NCBI GenBank assembly: GCA_965250285.1
Contig: OZ252299.1
Coordinates: forward strand, 1,568,001-1,632,000
Direction: 5' to 3'
DNA length: 64,000 nt
DNA from: Myxococcota bacterium
GTDB taxonomy: Bacteria; Myxococcota_A; UBA9160; UBA4427
The notes under the pieces are model-generated. The model saw nothing but the letters and a program-made list of their open reading frames with translations, had not been told where the DNA came from and did not search any database. The position numbers and the translations under genes are program-made. Position 1 is the first letter of the stretch; each line of letters begins with the position of its first letter. This document shows positions 19,043 to 30,844 of this stretch, piece by piece.

Positions 19043-20614
19043 TCAGCCCGACAGGCGGTGCTTCTGCACCTTGCCCGATGCCGTGCGCGGCAGATCCCGC
19101 TCGACGACGAAGTGCTGGGGCACCTTGTACTTCGCGAGTCGCTCTTCGGCCCAGGCGCGGAGGCTCTCGGCGTCGACCGTCTCGGCCTCGTGCAGCACGA
19201 GGTGCGCGGAGCCGACTTCTCCCCAGCGCTCGTCTGGCACGCCCACGATCGCGACCTCCTCGATCGACGGGTGCTCTCGAAAGACGGCTTCGACCTCGGC
19301 CGGGTACACGTTCTCGCCGCCCGAGATGTACATGTCGTGCGCCCTGCCGAGCAGCGTGATGAAGCCCTCGGCGTCGCGGCTGGCCAGGTCGCCGGTGCGC
19401 AACCAGCCGTCGATCAGCGTTCGGGCCGTGTCGTCGGGGCGGCCCCAGTAGCCGAGCATCGTGATGTCGCCGCGCACGACGACCTCGCCGCGCTGCCCGT
19501 CTTCGGTGTCTCGCCAGGCGGTCGGGGCAAGCTCGAGATCGTCCGTGCAGACGACGCGAACCTCGGCGTGCTCGACCGGCCGCCCCACCGAGCCGGCCTT
19601 GCGCAGCGCGTCGTCGGCGGCCAGACAAGTCAGCGTCGACGTCTCGGTCTGGCCATAGCCCTGCATGATGAGCACGTCGTGGCGATTGAAGTCGCGGATC
19701 AGCTCGACCGAGATCGCCGAGCCGGCACTGAAGATGAAGCGCAGACCGCGCGCCGCGCGCGCCGCGTCGGCGGATCGCTCGAGCTCGTCGTAGAGGCGCT
19801 GGTGCATCGCGGGGACGCCGCCGAGGTACGAGACGTGCTGCTGCTCGACGTCGTGCCAGACGCGGGTGGGCTCGAACCGGTCGTGGAGGATCACGGCTGC
19901 GCCGGCGAAGAGCGCCGGGAGCGAGAGGATCTGCAGGCCCAGCGAGTGAAAGAGCGGGGCGGCGACCAGGACGCGGTCGTCGGGGCGAAGTGAGAACGTG
20001 ATCTCGGCGTTGAGTGCGTTGAACAGCGCCTTGCGGTGCGGGAGCAAAGCGCCCTTTGGCTCCCCCGTCGTGCCCGACGTGTACATGATCATGAATGGAT
20101 CGTCGGGGGTGACGGGATGCACGGCGTGTCGAGGGGCGGCCTGGGCCAGTGTCTGCTCCCAAGCGTCGCCGCTGGGATCACCGACGATGATGCGCTCGCG
20201 CGGGGCGTGTTCGGCCACGCCGCAGGCGCGTGCGGCGACGTCGCTGAGGGCGCACTCGACGAAGAGGGCGCTCGGCGTGCAGTCGTCGATCTGGAACGCG
20301 ATCTCGCGGGGCGAGAGGCGAAGGTTCATCGGTACGACGATCGCGCCCACGCGCGCAGCGGCGAAGCACACCTCGAGGGTGGCGGATCGATTGCCGAGCA
20401 GCATCGCGATCCGCTCGCCCGGCCCGATGCCGCGCGCTTCGAGCCAGCCCGCCGTGCGAGCCACCCGCCCTTCGAAGGCGCGCCAGTCGAGTGAACGATC
20501 GCCGTCGATCACGGCGTCGGCCTCGCCGCGTGCGGCGGCGTGGCGCGCGGGCCAGTCCCCCACGTTGTTGCGCGGGTCGGGCGAGGCGGTGATGGCAGGC
20601 GGCGAGGGCGTCAT
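19043..20614 (-). CDS. Acyl-CoA synthetase (AMP-forming, fatty-acid/MenE-like)
   Basis: 'YTSGTTGEPKG', 'QGYGQTE', 'WLRTGDL', 'SGGENVYPAEVE', 'LPRTASGKVQK'. Confidence 0.9.
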   Translation of the reverse strand: MTPSPPAITASPDPRNNVGDWPARHAAARGEADAVIDGDRSLDWRAFEGRVARTAGWLEARGIGPGERIAMLLGNRSATLEVCFAAARVGAIVVPMNLRLSPREIAFQIDDCTPSALFVECALSDVAARACGVAEHAPRERIIVGDPSGDAWEQTLAQAAPRHAVHPVTPDDPFMIMYTSGTTGEPKGALLPHRKALFNALNAEITFSLRPDDRVLVAAPLFHSLGLQILSLPALFAGAAVILHDRFEPTRVWHDVEQQHVSYLGGVPAMHQRLYDELERSADAARAARGLRFIFSAGSAISVELIRDFNRHDVLIMQGYGQTETSTLTCLAADDALRKAGSVGRPVEHAEVRVVCTDDLELAPTAWRDTEDGQRGEVVVRGDITMLGYWGRPDDTARTLIDGWLRTGDLASRDAEGFITLLGRAHDMYISGGENVYPAEVEAVFREHPSIEEVAIVGVPDERWGEVGSAHLVLHEAETVDAESLRAWAEERLAKYKVPQHFVVERDLPRTASGKVQKHRLSG

Positions 20615-20697
20615 GAGCGAGGGCTCTGGATAACGGAGCGAAACCGGCGCCGCCAGAACGCGCGCCGCCACGGCGTGCGGCTGGCTACGCTTCAGCC

Positions 20698-21738
20698 ATG
20701 CTCCATGAAGCCTTCGAAGCCGCCGTCCTCGGGCCGGGGATCGCGCGGCGGCATTGCCTCGTGGCCGTGTCGGGCGGCGTCGACTCGGTCGCACTGCTGC
20801 ACGGTCTCGTCGAGCTGCGCGCGCGCGCCGAGCTGGATCTCACGGTGGCCCATGTGCATCACGGTCTCCGCGGCGAAGAGGCCGACGGGGACGAGGCGTT
20901 CGTGCGCGCGCTCGCCGGGGATCTCGACGTCGCCTTCGTCCAGGCGCGCGTCGAGCCCGCCGTGCTTCGCGAGTCGGGCCCGAAGCGCGCTCGGCCCACA
21001 CTTCAGGAGGCGGCGCGCCGGCTGCGCTGGGAGGCGCTCGAGGCCCTTCGCCAGCGCGTCGACGCCGATGCGATCGTCACGGCTCACCATCTCGATGACC
21101 AGGCCGAGACCGTCCTGATGCGGCTCTTCCGCGGCACGTCGCCCGAAGGTCTCGGCGGGATGGCACCCGTGTCCGAGGACGGGCGACGCGTGCGTCCCCT
21201 GCTCGATGTGAGCCGCAGCGAGATCGAGGCCTGGGCGCGATCGCGGGGTCTGCGCTGGCGCGAGGACGCGAGCAACGAGAGCGACGCGTACACGCGCAAT
21301 CGCCTGCGTCGGCGCTGGATCCCCGGTCTTTCCGCAGACTTCAACCCACAATTGCTCAGGGCTGTGGCCAGACTGGCCGAAGCACAGAGAACGGATTCGG
21401 CGTGGATCGACACCGCCGTGCGCGAGATCGAGCCCGACTGGGTCGGGGTCGATCGGGGCGCGCGGGTGCTCCGGCTGGAGGGCTGGGGAGATCTGCCGAA
21501 CGCGCTGGCCCGGCGCCTCGTCGCTCGGGCCGTTTCCGACCTCGGGGGTGGGCGTGACCTCAGCGCGAAGCACATCGATCGGGTGCTCGAGTTCCTCGCT
21601 TCGCCCGAACGGCACGAGGGCGGGCGAAGCCTCGAGCTTCCGGGCGGAATCAGACTCACACGCGCAGCGAAGCAGTGGCGGCTCCACGCGGCGGACGAGA
21701 CGTCTCGCCATCGACCTGCTCCGAAGCGCGACGCCTGA
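20698..21738 (+). CDS. tilS: tRNA(Ile)-lysidine synthetase
   Basis: 'VAVSGGVDS', 'HVHHGLRG', 'TAHHLDDQAETVLMRL', 'RPLL', 'EDASN..YTRNRLR'. Lies upstream of ftsH. Confidence 0.93.
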   Translation: MLHEAFEAAVLGPGIARRHCLVAVSGGVDSVALLHGLVELRARAELDLTVAHVHHGLRGEEADGDEAFVRALAGDLDVAFVQARVEPAVLRESGPKRARPTLQEAARRLRWEALEALRQRVDADAIVTAHHLDDQAETVLMRLFRGTSPEGLGGMAPVSEDGRRVRPLLDVSRSEIEAWARSRGLRWREDASNESDAYTRNRLRRRWIPGLSADFNPQLLRAVARLAEAQRTDSAWIDTAVREIEPDWVGVDRGARVLRLEGWGDLPNALARRLVARAVSDLGGGRDLSAKHIDRVLEFLASPERHEGGRSLELPGGIRLTRAAKQWRLHAADETSRHRPAPKRDA

Positions 21739-22098
21739 GCCGCGAACCCGGACCATGGGTGCCCGGGTCGGGGCTGAAACAGCGCCCACCGAGGTTGGAC
21801 GGCCCGCCGCGACACGTCGGGGCCGGGTCCACACGCGCATGCTAGGCTACGCCACTGTGCTGGAAGACTTTTTCGCCGACGTGCCCCACGGGGCCCGGCC
21901 GCTGAACCCCGCGGCCCGGCCGAGCATCCATTCGCCTGGGGACAGCACCACTCTCTTGCTCGCGACCCCATCCGGTCGCGAGATTCGGGCTCGGCGCGAC
22001 ACGCCGCGGCCCACCATCGAGTCGCCCGCACCGCGGGTCCCGGTCGGACCCGAAGCCTCTCGCGCGTGGCCCCGACCACGCGCCACCGAGGAGCTCAA

Positions 22099-24039
<1,941 letters not shown>

Positions 24040-24093
24040 TCGGCCGATGTCGCGCGGGACCGCCCCTGCGCGGTCCGACCGAAGGAGGATCCC

Positions 24094-24954
24094 TTGCTGA
24101 CCGCGTCGATCTTCCCGTCGGATCGGGTCACGGTGATGGGGGTCGTGAACCTCACGCCGGATTCGTTCTCGGACGGGGGGCGGCTCACGCGGGCGGCGAC
24201 CGGGACCGACGTCGAGGCCGCACTGCGACACGCTGCCGCCCTGGTGGCGGCCGGCGCCCATGTGCTCGACGTGGGCGGCGAGTCGACTCGCCCCGGGGCC
24301 GGTGAGGTTCCGGTCGAAGAGGAGCGAGCGCGCGTCGAGGCCGCGATTCGGGCGCTGGCCGCGGCGGTCGACGTGCCCATCTCGATCGATACGCGCAAGG
24401 CCGAGGTCGCACGCGCGGCCATCGCGGCCGGGGCCGGGCTGGTGAACGACGTCTCCGGGCTGGCCTTCGATCCCGCGCTGGCCGAGGTCGTCGCCGAGAG
24501 CGGGGCCGGCCTCGTCCTGGGCCATGCCCGGGGCACCCCCGACGTGATGCAGAGCCGGGCCGATTACGACGACGTGCTCGCCGAGGTCGCACGTGAGCTC
24601 GAAGTCTCGGTCGAGGTGGCCCTCGCGGCCGGCGTGGCTCGAAATCACCTCGCCATCGACCCGGGGATCGGATTCGGCAAGCAGCTCGATGCCAACCTCG
24701 AGCTGATGGCTCACGTCAGCTGGCTGAAGAGCCGATTCGAACTCCCAGTGCTTGTGGGGCCCTCGCGCAAGGCCTTTCTGGGGCACCTGACCGGCGCCCC
24801 GGTCGACGAGCGCGACGCCGCCACGGCGGAGGTCTGCGCCGTGCTGGCCTTCGCCGGCGCCGACGCGGTGAGAGTGCACGACGTGCGGGGCGCGAGTCGT
24901 GCGGTGAAGCTCGGACGCGCGCTCAAGGACGCGCGCCGCAAGGAGCTGTCGTGA
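24094..24954 (+). CDS. folP: Dihydropteroate synthase
   Basis: 'MGVVNLTPDSFSDGG', 'DVGGESTRPGA', 'SIDT', 'IDPGIGFGK', 'SRK', 'VRVHDV'. Confidence 0.97.
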   Translation: MLTASIFPSDRVTVMGVVNLTPDSFSDGGRLTRAATGTDVEAALRHAAALVAAGAHVLDVGGESTRPGAGEVPVEEERARVEAAIRALAAAVDVPISIDTRKAEVARAAIAAGAGLVNDVSGLAFDPALAEVVAESGAGLVLGHARGTPDVMQSRADYDDVLAEVARELEVSVEVALAAGVARNHLAIDPGIGFGKQLDANLELMAHVSWLKSRFELPVLVGPSRKAFLGHLTGAPVDERDAATAEVCAVLAFAGADAVRVHDVRGASRAVKLGRALKDARRKELS

Positions 24955-25272
24955 TCGAGGTGACCTTCGAAGCCTCGCGTGAGAAGATCGGACGCGCGCT
25001 CGAGGACGCGCGCCGACAGGAGCTGTCGTGATCGAGGCGACCTTCGAAGCCTCGCGTGAGAAGATCGGACGCGCGCTCGAGGGTGCGCGCCGCGAGGAAT
25101 CGTCGTGATCCACGTGACCTTCGAAGCCTCGCGTGAGAAGATCGGACGCGCGCTCGAGGATGCGCGCCGCGAGGAATCGTCGTGATCCACGTGACCTTCG
25201 ACGCCTCGCGTGAGAAGATCGGACGCGCGCTCGAGGGAGCGCGCCGCAAGGAACCGTCGTGATCCAGGTGAT
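24907..25272 (+). repeat. 77-bp tandem array duplicating the folP-stop/cdaA-start junction
   Basis: GTGATC recurs at 24951, 25028, 25105, 25182 and 25259, an exact 77-bp period. Each unit is a 26-codon ORF whose stop overlaps the next start (GTGA). Confidence 0.95.
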
Positions 25273-26143
25273 CCTGAACTTCCTGCGCGAGCTCGCCGAC
25301 TTCTTCAAGGCGAACTTCGATCCGTGGCGTGACAGCGTCGATATCCTGCTCGTCACGCTGGGGATCTACTGGCTGTTGCTGCTGATCCGCGGCACGCGCG
25401 CCGTGCAGATCCTCGTCGGCCTGATCGTCCTGATCGCCCTCAGTCTCGCCTCCGAGCTCTTCCAGTTCGTGACGACCAAGCTGATCCTCGAGAACTTCCT
25501 CGGGTCGGCCGTGTTGATCATCATCGTGCTCTTCCAGCACGACATACGGCGCGCGCTCGCGCGGGTGGGGCGCGGCTTCTTCCCGTCGGTGTCGGCCCAG
25601 CAGGAGTCGCAGCTCCTCGAAGAGCTGGTCCGCGCTGCCCAGTCGCTCGCTGACCGACGCGTCGGCGCGCTGATGGTGATCGAGCGGGAGAGCTCGCTGG
25701 CCGATCAGATCGACGCGGGCACGCCCGTCAACGCCGACCTCAGCAAGGATCTGCTCGAGTCGCTCTTCAATACGAGCTCGCCGCTGCACGATGGCGCGGT
25801 GATCATCCGCGACGGGCGCATCGCGAGTGCCGGCTGCATTCTGCCGCTCACGCTGCGGACCGATCTGCCCGACGGTGTCGGGACGCGTCACCGGGCGGCC
25901 GTCGGCATCACCGAAGAGACCGACGCCGTCGTGATCGTCGTGTCGGAAGAGACCTCGAAGATCGCCGTCGTGATGGGCGGTGAGATGATCCATGGCCTCG
26001 AGGCGCCCGAGCTGCGGCGCGTGCTCTACGACATCATGGCCGGCGATCGGCGAGATCTGCTCGCCGAGAGCGAGTCGGGCGCCCCCGCCGCCGTATCGGA
26101 CATCGACGAAGCCGATGCGCCGGTCGAGCGCACGGCGGGTTGA
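25259..26143 (+). CDS. cdaA: Diadenylate cyclase CdaA/DacA
   Basis: Three N-terminal TM segments, 'FQHDIRRAL', DGA motif 'LHDGAV', RHR motif 'GTRHRAAVG'. Confidence 0.95.
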   Translation: MIQVILNFLRELADFFKANFDPWRDSVDILLVTLGIYWLLLLIRGTRAVQILVGLIVLIALSLASELFQFVTTKLILENFLGSAVLIIIVLFQHDIRRALARVGRGFFPSVSAQQESQLLEELVRAAQSLADRRVGALMVIERESSLADQIDAGTPVNADLSKDLLESLFNTSSPLHDGAVIIRDGRIASAGCILPLTLRTDLPDGVGTRHRAAVGITEETDAVVIVVSEETSKIAVVMGGEMIHGLEAPELRRVLYDIMAGDRRDLLAESESGAPAAVSDIDEADAPVERTAG

Positions 26144-26862
26144 GCGACATGATGCGTTGGTTCCTCAACCTGAGACCCGGCCTGCTGCTGCTGGCGCTGG
26201 CGATCGCCACCTTTCTGTGGGTGATCGCGCACGAGTCGACGAGTGTCGAGCGCACGTTCGACATTCCGGTCGAGCTGCACCGGCTCGACGAGTCGCTGGT
26301 CGTGACCGACCAGAACGTCGATGGCGTGAACGTCCGCGTGATGGGCAGCCGGGCCGCGCTCAACAACCTCGACGAGAAGGGCCTGCGCTACGCGATCGAT
26401 GTGTCGGGCGCGAAGCCCGGCGTCGCCGTGTTCGACGTCGAGCTCTCTCGGCTCGATCTCCCGACGGGAGCCCGCTTCATCAGTCGCTCGCCTGCGCAGG
26501 TCAAGGTGCGCTTCGAGAAGAGTGGCCGGAAGGCGGTGCGCGTGAACCCCGACGTGACGGGTACGCCGGCTCCCGGGTATCACCTGGCTGGTCTCGTGAT
26601 CGAGCCGCAGAAGGTGTGGCTCGCCGGCGCCCGCAGTCAGGTCATGCGCCTCGAAGAGGTCTCGACCGAGTCGATCGACATCGATGGGTTGAAGGACAGC
26701 GAGACGCGCGAGGTGAGGCTCGTGCTGGGCGGAGGCACGCTCTGGGTCGAAGACGACGCGCCGGTGAAGGTGCAGATTCGCATGGAGCCCGACCTGCTGC
26801 CTGATGAAGAGGTGCTGCCGCCGGGTGCGTCGCCGGCCGGTGAAGTGACGGTCGAGGGCTGA
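26140..26862 (+). CDS. cdaR: CdaR/YbbR-domain regulator
   Basis: N-terminal TM 'LLALAIATFLW', YbbR-type beta repeats; lies between cdaA and glmM. Confidence 0.85.
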   Translation: MSDMMRWFLNLRPGLLLLALAIATFLWVIAHESTSVERTFDIPVELHRLDESLVVTDQNVDGVNVRVMGSRAALNNLDEKGLRYAIDVSGAKPGVAVFDVELSRLDLPTGARFISRSPAQVKVRFEKSGRKAVRVNPDVTGTPAPGYHLAGLVIEPQKVWLAGARSQVMRLEEVSTESIDIDGLKDSETREVRLVLGGGTLWVEDDAPVKVQIRMEPDLLPDEEVLPPGASPAGEVTVEG

Positions 26863-26956
26863 CACCCTGTGGCGCGATCCGGGCACTCACCCGGGAGCCG
26901 GACGCCCGGCAGCGCATGCGCAGCAGCGGCGCAATCAATCTGGGGACGAGGAATCG

Positions 26957-28324
26957 ATGGCGGACAAGCGGAAGCTCTTTGGGACGGACGGCGTGCGGGG
27001 CCGCGCCAACGTGCACCCGATGACGGCCGAGATGGCGCTCAAGCTCGGGCAGGCCGTTGCGCATCACTTTCGCGGTCGCGAGCGGGGCCGTCACCGGATC
27101 CTGATCGGCAAGGACACGCGACTCTCGGGCTACATGTTCGAAGACGCCCTCGCGGCCGGCATCTGCTCGATGGGCGTCGACGTGATTCAGGTCGGCCCGA
27201 TGCCGACGCCGGCCTTGGCCTTCCTGACGACCGACATGCGATGCGACGCCGGCGTGATGATCACCGCCAGCCACAATCCGTATCAGGACAACGGCATCAA
27301 GTTCTTCGGCCGCGACGGCTTCAAGCTCGACGACGCCATCGAACTCGAGATCGAACGCATGGTCGAGAGCGGCGAGCTCGAGGGGGCGCGCGCCGGCGCT
27401 GACGAGATCGGCCAGGCCCGCCGCATCGACGACGCCGAGGGCCGCTATGTCGTCTTCCTGAAGAACACCTTCCCTCACGACATCACGCTCGAGGGGCTTC
27501 GGATCGTGCTCGACTGCGCCCATGGCGCGGCCTACAAGGTCGGGCCGACCGTGCTCGAGGAGCTCGGCGCCGAAGTGTTTGCGCAAGGCGTGACGCCGAA
27601 TGGTCGCAACATCAACGACGAATGCGGCTCGCTGCATCCCAACGCGACGGCGAGCCGCGTGCGCGAGGTGCGCGCCGACATCGGCATCGCGCTCGATGGA
27701 GACGCCGATCGGGTGATGATCGTCGACGAGCGGGGCGAGGTGCTCGATGGTGATCTGGTCATCTCGCTCTGCGCGCGCCACCTGATGGAGCGCGGCGCGC
27801 TCAAGGGGGGCGGCGTCGTGACCACGGTGATGAGCAATCTCGGTCTCGAGGAAGAGCTCGAGAAGCTCGGCCTCGCCCTCGTGCGCACGCAGGTCGGCGA
27901 CCGCTATGTCGTCGAGGCGATGCGCGCCGGCGGCTACAACCTCGGCGGCGAGCAGTCGGGCCACGTCGTGTTCCTCGATCACGGCCGCACGGGCGACGGT
28001 CTGATGACGGCGCTGCAGGTGCTCGCGATCCTCGCCCGTTCGAAGAAGCCGCTCTCGGAGCTCGCCGCCGGCTTCAACCGCTATCCCCAGGTGATGGTCA
28101 ACGTCGGCGTATCGACCAAGCGACCGATCGAAGATCTGCCGCGCGTGCAGGACGCGATCGCCGAGGTCGAGGCGAAGCTCGAGGGCCGCGGCCGGGTGCT
28201 GATTCGCTACAGCGGCACCGAGAACAAGGCGCGCGTGATGGTCGAGGGCGAAGAAGAGAGCGATGTGACCGAGTACGCGAACGTGCTCGCTGCGACCCTC
28301 AAGGAGTCCCTCGCCGCCGGCTGA
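26957..28324 (+). CDS. glmM: Phosphoglucosamine mutase
   Basis: 'LFGTDGVRG', 'TASHNP', 'DGDADR', 'GGEQSGH', 'RYSGTE'. Confidence 0.97.
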   Translation: MADKRKLFGTDGVRGRANVHPMTAEMALKLGQAVAHHFRGRERGRHRILIGKDTRLSGYMFEDALAAGICSMGVDVIQVGPMPTPALAFLTTDMRCDAGVMITASHNPYQDNGIKFFGRDGFKLDDAIELEIERMVESGELEGARAGADEIGQARRIDDAEGRYVVFLKNTFPHDITLEGLRIVLDCAHGAAYKVGPTVLEELGAEVFAQGVTPNGRNINDECGSLHPNATASRVREVRADIGIALDGDADRVMIVDERGEVLDGDLVISLCARHLMERGALKGGGVVTTVMSNLGLEEELEKLGLALVRTQVGDRYVVEAMRAGGYNLGGEQSGHVVFLDHGRTGDGLMTALQVLAILARSKKPLSELAAGFNRYPQVMVNVGVSTKRPIEDLPRVQDAIAEVEAKLEGRGRVLIRYSGTENKARVMVEGEEESDVTEYANVLAATLKESLAAG

Positions 28325-28480
28325 TGGGATCCCTGGCGCAAGCGGTCGCGCTCGTCCCGGCCGATCTTCGCTGACTCGCCGTGCTCGGTGGTGCGCCGGG
28401 TTGAGTCGGAGACCGGCGAGCGTCACTCTCTGGGCGACACGCAGGGCCGGCTTCTCGGGCTGCGTTTCGCGGAGACGCCG

Positions 28481-30157
28481 ATGATCGAGTCCGGCTTCTG
28501 GCCTCTCGTGAGCGCGGCGCGCATGCGCGCGCTCGACGCGCACACCATCGACGAGCTGGGTGTTCCGAGCGAAGTGCTCATGGAGAGCGCCGGCCGTGCG
28601 GTGGTCGAACACCTGGCCGCGCACGCGCACGAGCGGGTGGCCGCCGGCGCCCGGGTCGAGCTCGTCTGCGGGCCGGGGCACAACGGCGGTGATGGCCTCG
28701 TGGTCGCGCGCCATCTGCATCTCATGGGCTGGCCCTGCCGGGCCTGGCTCGTGGGCGACCGTGCGCGTCTCGGCTTGACCGTCGCGGCACAGCTCGGCCG
28801 AGCCGAGGCCGTGGGCGTGCGCGTCGAGGGAGCGGCCGACGGTCGATTGTCACTCGACGCCGATGCGATCGTCGTCGACGCGCTCTTCGGCACCGGGCTC
28901 AGTCGCCCGGTCGAGGGGGCCGCCGCGGTCGCGATCCAGGCGATCGGGGCCGCGCGCGCTGCGGGGGCCCACGTCGTCGCCGTCGACCTGCCGTCGGGCA
29001 TCGAGACGGATACGGGCGCGGTGCTCGGCGCGGCGGTCGAGGCGGACGAGACCGTCACGATCTCGCTGCCCAAGGCGGGGCTCGCGCTGCCTCCTGGCCG
29101 CACGCGTGCGGGCCGCGTCTCCGTCGCGCGCGTCGGCATCGTCGACGCGCTGCCGGGCGACCCCGATCCGGTCGAGGGGGTGGCTCGGCTCCACACCCGA
29201 GCGGGCCTGGCCGCGATGCTGCCCGCGCGCCCCAACGCCGGCCACAAGGGCCGCTTTGGTCACGTGCTCGTCGCCGCCGGCAGTGAAGGCAAGACGGGGG
29301 CCGCGGCGCTGGCGGCCCACGCAGCCATGCGGGCCGGTGCCGGCCTCGTCACACTCGCCTGTGCCGAGGGTCTGAATGACATCCTCGAGGTGAAGTGCAC
29401 CGAGGCGATGACCGCGCCGGTCGGAGAGGCCGGCGCGCGGTGGCTCGCCGTCGACGCCGCCGAGGCCATCGGTGCGCTGGCGCGTGAGCGCGACGTCCTC
29501 GCGCTCGGGCCCGGGCTCGGCACCGAGGAGACGACGGGTCGGCTCGTTCGGGCGTTGTGTGACGAGGTCGCACAACCGCTGGTGCTCGACGCCGACGGGC
29601 TCAATGCGCTGGGTCGCGAGCTCGGGGTGCTGAAGGGGCGACCCGGGCCGACCGTGCTGACGCCCCATCCGGGTGAGGCCGCGCGGCTGCTCGGGACCAG
29701 CGCCGCTGAGGTGAACGCCGATCGCGTCGGTGCGGCCCGGGCCCTCGCCGCGGGCGCCGAGTCGGTCGTGGTGCTCAAGGGCGCCGGGACGGTCGTGGCG
29801 GACGCGGATGGCCGGGTGCGCATCAATCCGACGGGCAACCCGGCGCTGGGCTCGGGCGGGACGGGCGATGTACTCACAGGCGTCGTCGCGGCGCACCTCG
29901 CCCAGGGGCTCGCGCCCCTCGACGCCGCGTCGACCGCCGTGTATCTGCATGGCGCAGCCGCCGACGCCTGGGCCGAGCAGCACGGTGAGGCGGGGCTCGC
30001 CGCGCGTGATCTCGCCGAATGGCTCCCCGAAACGGCGCATCGCCTGCGGCTCGGTGACGCGATCGGCGCATCGACGCCCGAGTCGCCCGGCTCGGCCTTC
30101 GACGCAGGGAGAGCGCGTGTCGAGCGCACACTGCTTCCGTTCCCGTTCGGCGTCTGA
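28481..30157 (+). CDS. nnr: Bifunctional NAD(P)H-hydrate epimerase/dehydratase
   Basis: 'LMESAG', 'GPGHNGGDG', 'DALFGTG', 'DLPSG', 'HKGRFG', 'DADG', 'TPHPGE', 'GGTGDVL'. Confidence 0.93.
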   Translation: MIESGFWPLVSAARMRALDAHTIDELGVPSEVLMESAGRAVVEHLAAHAHERVAAGARVELVCGPGHNGGDGLVVARHLHLMGWPCRAWLVGDRARLGLTVAAQLGRAEAVGVRVEGAADGRLSLDADAIVVDALFGTGLSRPVEGAAAVAIQAIGAARAAGAHVVAVDLPSGIETDTGAVLGAAVEADETVTISLPKAGLALPPGRTRAGRVSVARVGIVDALPGDPDPVEGVARLHTRAGLAAMLPARPNAGHKGRFGHVLVAAGSEGKTGAAALAAHAAMRAGAGLVTLACAEGLNDILEVKCTEAMTAPVGEAGARWLAVDAAEAIGALARERDVLALGPGLGTEETTGRLVRALCDEVAQPLVLDADGLNALGRELGVLKGRPGPTVLTPHPGEAARLLGTSAAEVNADRVGAARALAAGAESVVVLKGAGTVVADADGRVRINPTGNPALGSGGTGDVLTGVVAAHLAQGLAPLDAASTAVYLHGAAADAWAEQHGEAGLAARDLAEWLPETAHRLRLGDAIGASTPESPGSAFDAGRARVERTLLPFPFGV

Positions 30158-30620
30158 AACCCAGGCGCTCGGCCAGGCGCTTGGGTCGGTGCTGGCCGCG
30201 GCGCGCGACCGTGGCCTCGTCATCGCCCTCGACGGCGACCTCGGCGCGGGCAAGACCGTCTTCGTGAAAGGGCTCGCGACCGGGCTCGGGGGCGCGGCCG
30301 ATCTCGTGTCGAGTCCGACGTTCGTGATCGCCCAGCGCTACGACGACGGCGCGCTGCGGCTCCACCATGTCGATCTCTATCGGATCGAGGACGAGTCGGA
30401 GCTCGACGGCTTCGGCTTCGACGAAATGCTCGATCCACCCGCGGTGGCGGCCATCGAGTGGTCGTGTCGCTTTCCGCAGGCGTTGCCGCGAGATCATCTG
30501 GCGGTCGCCATTGCGCGCGACGCGAAGGGCGGCGACGACGGGCGATGCCTCGAGGTCGAATCGCGCGGTCCCCGCTCGTCGGCCACCCTGGCGGCCTGGC
30601 GGGCGCGCGTCGCCGTCTGA
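30117..30620 (+). CDS. tsaE: tRNA threonylcarbamoyladenosine biosynthesis ATPase TsaE
   Basis: 'LDGDLGAGKTVFVKG', 'SSPTF', 'HVDLYR', 'IEW'. GTG at 30117 follows AGGGAG. Confidence 0.93.
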   Translation: MSSAHCFRSRSASETQALGQALGSVLAAARDRGLVIALDGDLGAGKTVFVKGLATGLGGAADLVSSPTFVIAQRYDDGALRLHHVDLYRIEDESELDGFGFDEMLDPPAVAAIEWSCRFPQALPRDHLAVAIARDAKGGDDGRCLEVESRGPRSSATLAAWRARVAV

Positions 30621-30781
30621 CTCAGCGCAGGGCGTCGCCGTCGGACTCAGCGCCGGGCGTCGCCGGCTGAATCGGAGCGGCCCACCACGGGCCGATCCGG
30701 CGCGGGGCGTGGCCGTCTGATCCAGCGCGGGGCGTCGCCGGCCGTGTTCGAGCGGGGCGCGACGGGCCCGAGCAACCGCGC
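30607..30781. repeat. 25-bp degenerate tandem array starting at the tsaE 3' end and stop
   Basis: Unit gcgtcgccgtctgactcagcgcagg at 30607, with variants at 30632, 30657, 30707 and 30732 and decayed units at 30682 and 30757. Confidence 0.8.
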
Positions 30782-30844
30782 GCGGTTTTGAACAACGTCG
30801 ACCCGATGCGCACGCACCGCCCGGTCGCCGGGTCGCGGCTCGAG

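Noticed and set aside
13874..20700. Integrative element or prophage at tRNA-Met
   Set aside because: No integrase, and no convincing duplication of the tRNA 3' end (only a 7-nt gctacca match near 16957).
21739..22098. Gene or ncRNA in the 360-bp tilS-ftsH gap
   Set aside because: No hpt-like ORF and no clear promoter-structure-terminator unit; probably the ftsH promoter and leader.
24907..25272. Possible CRISPR array (77-bp periodicity)
   Set aside because: The whole unit is repeated with no unique spacers, it derives from folP/cdaA sequence, and there are no cas genes.
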